DNA of 63,532 nt, the filler included, from Hyphochytrium catenoides (lineage: Eukaryota; Protista; Hyphochytriomycota): assembly GCA_900088475.1 (NCBI GenBank). It is 10 parts of 10 records of this genome, joined end to end, with 100 filler letters (N's around TTAATTAATTAA, not from the genome) between each part and the next. Parts side by side here need not be neighbours in the genome. Positions count along the whole stretch, not along the records: positions 57,729 to 62,288 come from FLMG01001172.1; positions 62,389 to 63,532 come from FLMG01003452.1; 8 more parts are not named here. One strand, given 5' to 3'. Position numbers and translations under genes: made by a program. Shown piece by piece: positions 61,398-63,532 of this stretch (position 1 is the stretch's first letter; the number at the start of each line of letters is the position of its first letter). Under the pieces are notes generated by a model. The model made no database searches and had not been told where the DNA came from. It saw only the letters and a program-made list of their open reading frames with translations.

Positions 61398-62088
61398 GGT
61401 ATATGGTCGTCACTCGTCCCCATTCAATAGCAAACAGTTAGTCCAAGCTAGTCCACACAACTAATGATGATAACGCTCAAAATAAGTGATCATAGTAACT
61501 GCTCCTGCTCAACAATGATAGGATGATGGGGCGTAGAAGAAGTAGTAACAAACACAGTTCAAGGGAAGAGAGAGAATGGGTTCTATTCAACCCTAAGATC
61601 TATTTTTAGATCTAGAAGAGCAGAATGAAGAAGAACTCATTGCTCGTCACTCAACAGGAAGAAGAAGAAGAAGAAGGGAACAGCGATGTGTAGAAGAGTT
61701 GTTGAGAGAGGAGCAGCAGGAAGCAAGGAGCAAGGGCGAGAAGAGGATATTTATCGACGAACATTTGTTTTCTTCCATCATCCTCCTGTTCTTCTTCTTC
61801 TTCTCATCTTCATCATCTGCTTCTTCTTCGTTCCCTCCTCTATCTTCTTCTCGTCAATCGTAGCTTTCTTCTGTCCTCGCTTGTCAATGATCATCATCAT
61901 CATCATCAGTTAGTAGCAGCAGCAGCAGCTTATGATGCAAGCAGAAGATAGTAGTAGAAGATGATGACGCCAGGACGACGACAGGAGGGAGAAACAAAGA
62001 GTGAAGAAGAGGTGAAGATAGATGGTCGGTGGTGGGGTGGTCAAGGACCGGCGGGAGGAGAGAAGACGGCTTTCTGTGCTGGACAAGT

Positions 62089-62129
62089 TAAGCCATAGTT
62101 AATATTAGAGGGATATTAACTATGGCTTA
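62089..62129. repeat. Perfect 17-bp inverted repeat with a 7-nt spacer, in the transposon's right subterminal region
   Basis: TAAGCCATAGTTAATAT-tagaggg-ATATTAACTATGGCTTA. Confidence 0.9.
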
Positions 62130-62176
62130 TCTATTTGCGTCACCCATTGTTTTGCGTGTTGGTGGCATGGGACACA

Positions 62177-62204
62177 GGTACGCAAATTTACAGGGGGTCT
62201 ACTG
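62177..62204 (-). repeat. Right TIR GGTACGCAAATTTACAGGGGGTCTACTG
   Basis: Exact reverse complement of 57886-57913; followed by TA. Confidence 0.97.
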
Positions 62205-62553
62205 TACTCCTTTTTATTATATATTTTTTAATTTCGTGAATGGCTTTTATTGATTTATTGCTACTACTAACGCTACTAACAGACTAATNNNNNNNNNNNN
62301 NNNNNNNNNNNNNNNNNNNNNNNNNNNNNNNNTTAATTAATTAANNNNNNNNNNNNNNNNNNNNNNNNNNNNNNNNNNNNNNNNNNNNTTCTCGGATGAC
62401 CTGGGCTACCTACTCTTTTCCTTCTCGTCATCCCCCCTTGCGCCGTCAGAGAGAGGAAATACTACGGAAAAATTTTCTTGCGCCAAGCACATCGAGGATG
62501 CAGTACTCTTGGGTGCACCAGGTTAGATTTGTGAAGAGGCTACACAGCTGAAC

Positions 62554-63532
62554 TTGAGGGCTCCTATCATAGCTGTTACATGGACCCGAACAACTGCTAA
62601 CTTTGCGCTCACCCTTGATTTTGTAGGACCATCGGGTCAAAACTGTGACTGGCTGGATGCGGTTACCCTTCGTGCCGCTTTAGCGTTCGATGCAACAGTG
62701 CTACCTACTGATACCCTCCGTCTTAATGTTTCCTCGTTTGCGAAAAGACTCGTCACCTCAGAGGTGTTCCTTGATGGACCTGCATACCCGCAGCCCATGA
62801 CTGTCACTCTCAGTGCTCCAGTTCTTCTCGGACTGGTAAGATGGAATATTTGAGTCTAAAGAACAGGAGCTATTCGTTTTTTCTGATTCATTGCCGCAAG
62901 CTGTAGTTTCTCGCGCGTGTTCTTGATAGTACTTTATCTTCTCAGTTCTGATCTCCCTCTAAGTTTCCCCGTTGGGGTTACCTTTGTGCCTTGACATATC
63001 GTCCACTATAAGAGGCTATCAAGATGCAAACTCATGCTTGACGCTTTCCTCTTCTAGTGTAGTGATTTGGTGGTTCAAGTTACTCAGGTGACGGGTGCTG
63101 GAGGTCGCTCGGTCATCTATGGCTGGAGTGTTGACCCAAGCGAGAGCAAAGAGGTCAATATGGTACTTAGGACCACCAACGCCGGAGAAGGTTAGAAATA
63201 CTACTGACCGTCCATGACGGCTGCTTTCAGTTTGAGGATATGAGCTAACCCTCTTCCTGGGTACTTCCTTCGTCTTTCTACGATTAGCGTTCCTATTCCG
63301 GTTCCCTGGGATTCCTTACCCTTCCCTCTAAGCAACTCACACACAACAACCTACCCAGAGTATGACCTCATTCTGTCCATCTTGCAGGAAAGACTACTTT
63401 GGCTATCCCGGCTGCCCTGCTTCTTCCCGACTCCAATTATACAGTCAACGTCACAGCCTTCAACTATCTGGGTCAATCTACGGCCCGCTCAGTAACTGTG
63501 AGGAAGGAGCCTAAGCCCTTACCGACCATCTC
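62554..63532 (+). CDS. Internal exons of a REJ/PKD-like extracellular-domain protein (partial)
   Basis: Exons VTLSAPVLLG.. | DLVVQVTQVTGAGGRSVIYGWSV | TLAIPAALLLPDSNYTVNVTAFNYLGQSTARSVTVRKEPKPLPTI. These resemble the REJ-module pattern (AP..G, GGR..Y.WS, L.IP...L.P...Y.....N.LG). Confidence 0.6.

Larger units (their letters stand above)
57886..62204 (+). mobile_element. Complete pogo/Tigger-family (IS630-Tc1-mariner) DNA transposon, 4,319 bp
   Basis: Perfect 28-bp TIRs beginning CAGT, TA on both flanks (57884-57885 and 62205-62206), and one intact transposase ORF inside. Confidence 0.95.

Noticed and set aside
1-63532. Alternative genetic code, or tRNA/rRNA/CRISPR features
   Set aside because: Genes end in TAA, TAG and TGA and translate normally. 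I recognised no structural RNA or repeat-spacer array by eye.

Overview
This is a eukaryotic, intron-containing scaffold, probably from a flagellated protist because it carries a kinesin-II KAP3 gene. Ten contigs are joined by artificial 100-bp N44-TTAATTAATTAA-N44 linkers, so gene adjacency across linkers is unproven. Many introns, and some exons, are saturated with (CT)n/(GA)n microsatellite. Recognisable genes: a two-box HMGB protein, a PX-domain protein, an RCC1-repeat protein, KAP3, a PWWP/DEK-C chromatin protein, a CEP350-like acidic coiled-coil protein, an ankyrin + TRAF-zinc-finger protein, an MKP1-like dual-specificity phosphatase, a mitochondrial ADP/ATP carrier, a WRN/EXD2-type 3'-5' exonuclease, an IAH1 SGNH esterase and a REJ-like protein fragment. 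Two decayed copia fragments are also present. The standout is a structurally complete 4,319-bp pogo/Tigger-type DNA transposon (57886-62204; perfect 28-bp TIRs, TA target duplication). Its single uninterrupted ORF fuses an N-terminal OTU-like cysteine protease (deubiquitinase-type) domain to a CENP-B-type HTH-HTH-DD42D transposase that ends in a canonical PCNA-interacting PIP box. All domain calls come from motifs recognised by eye; no searches were run.
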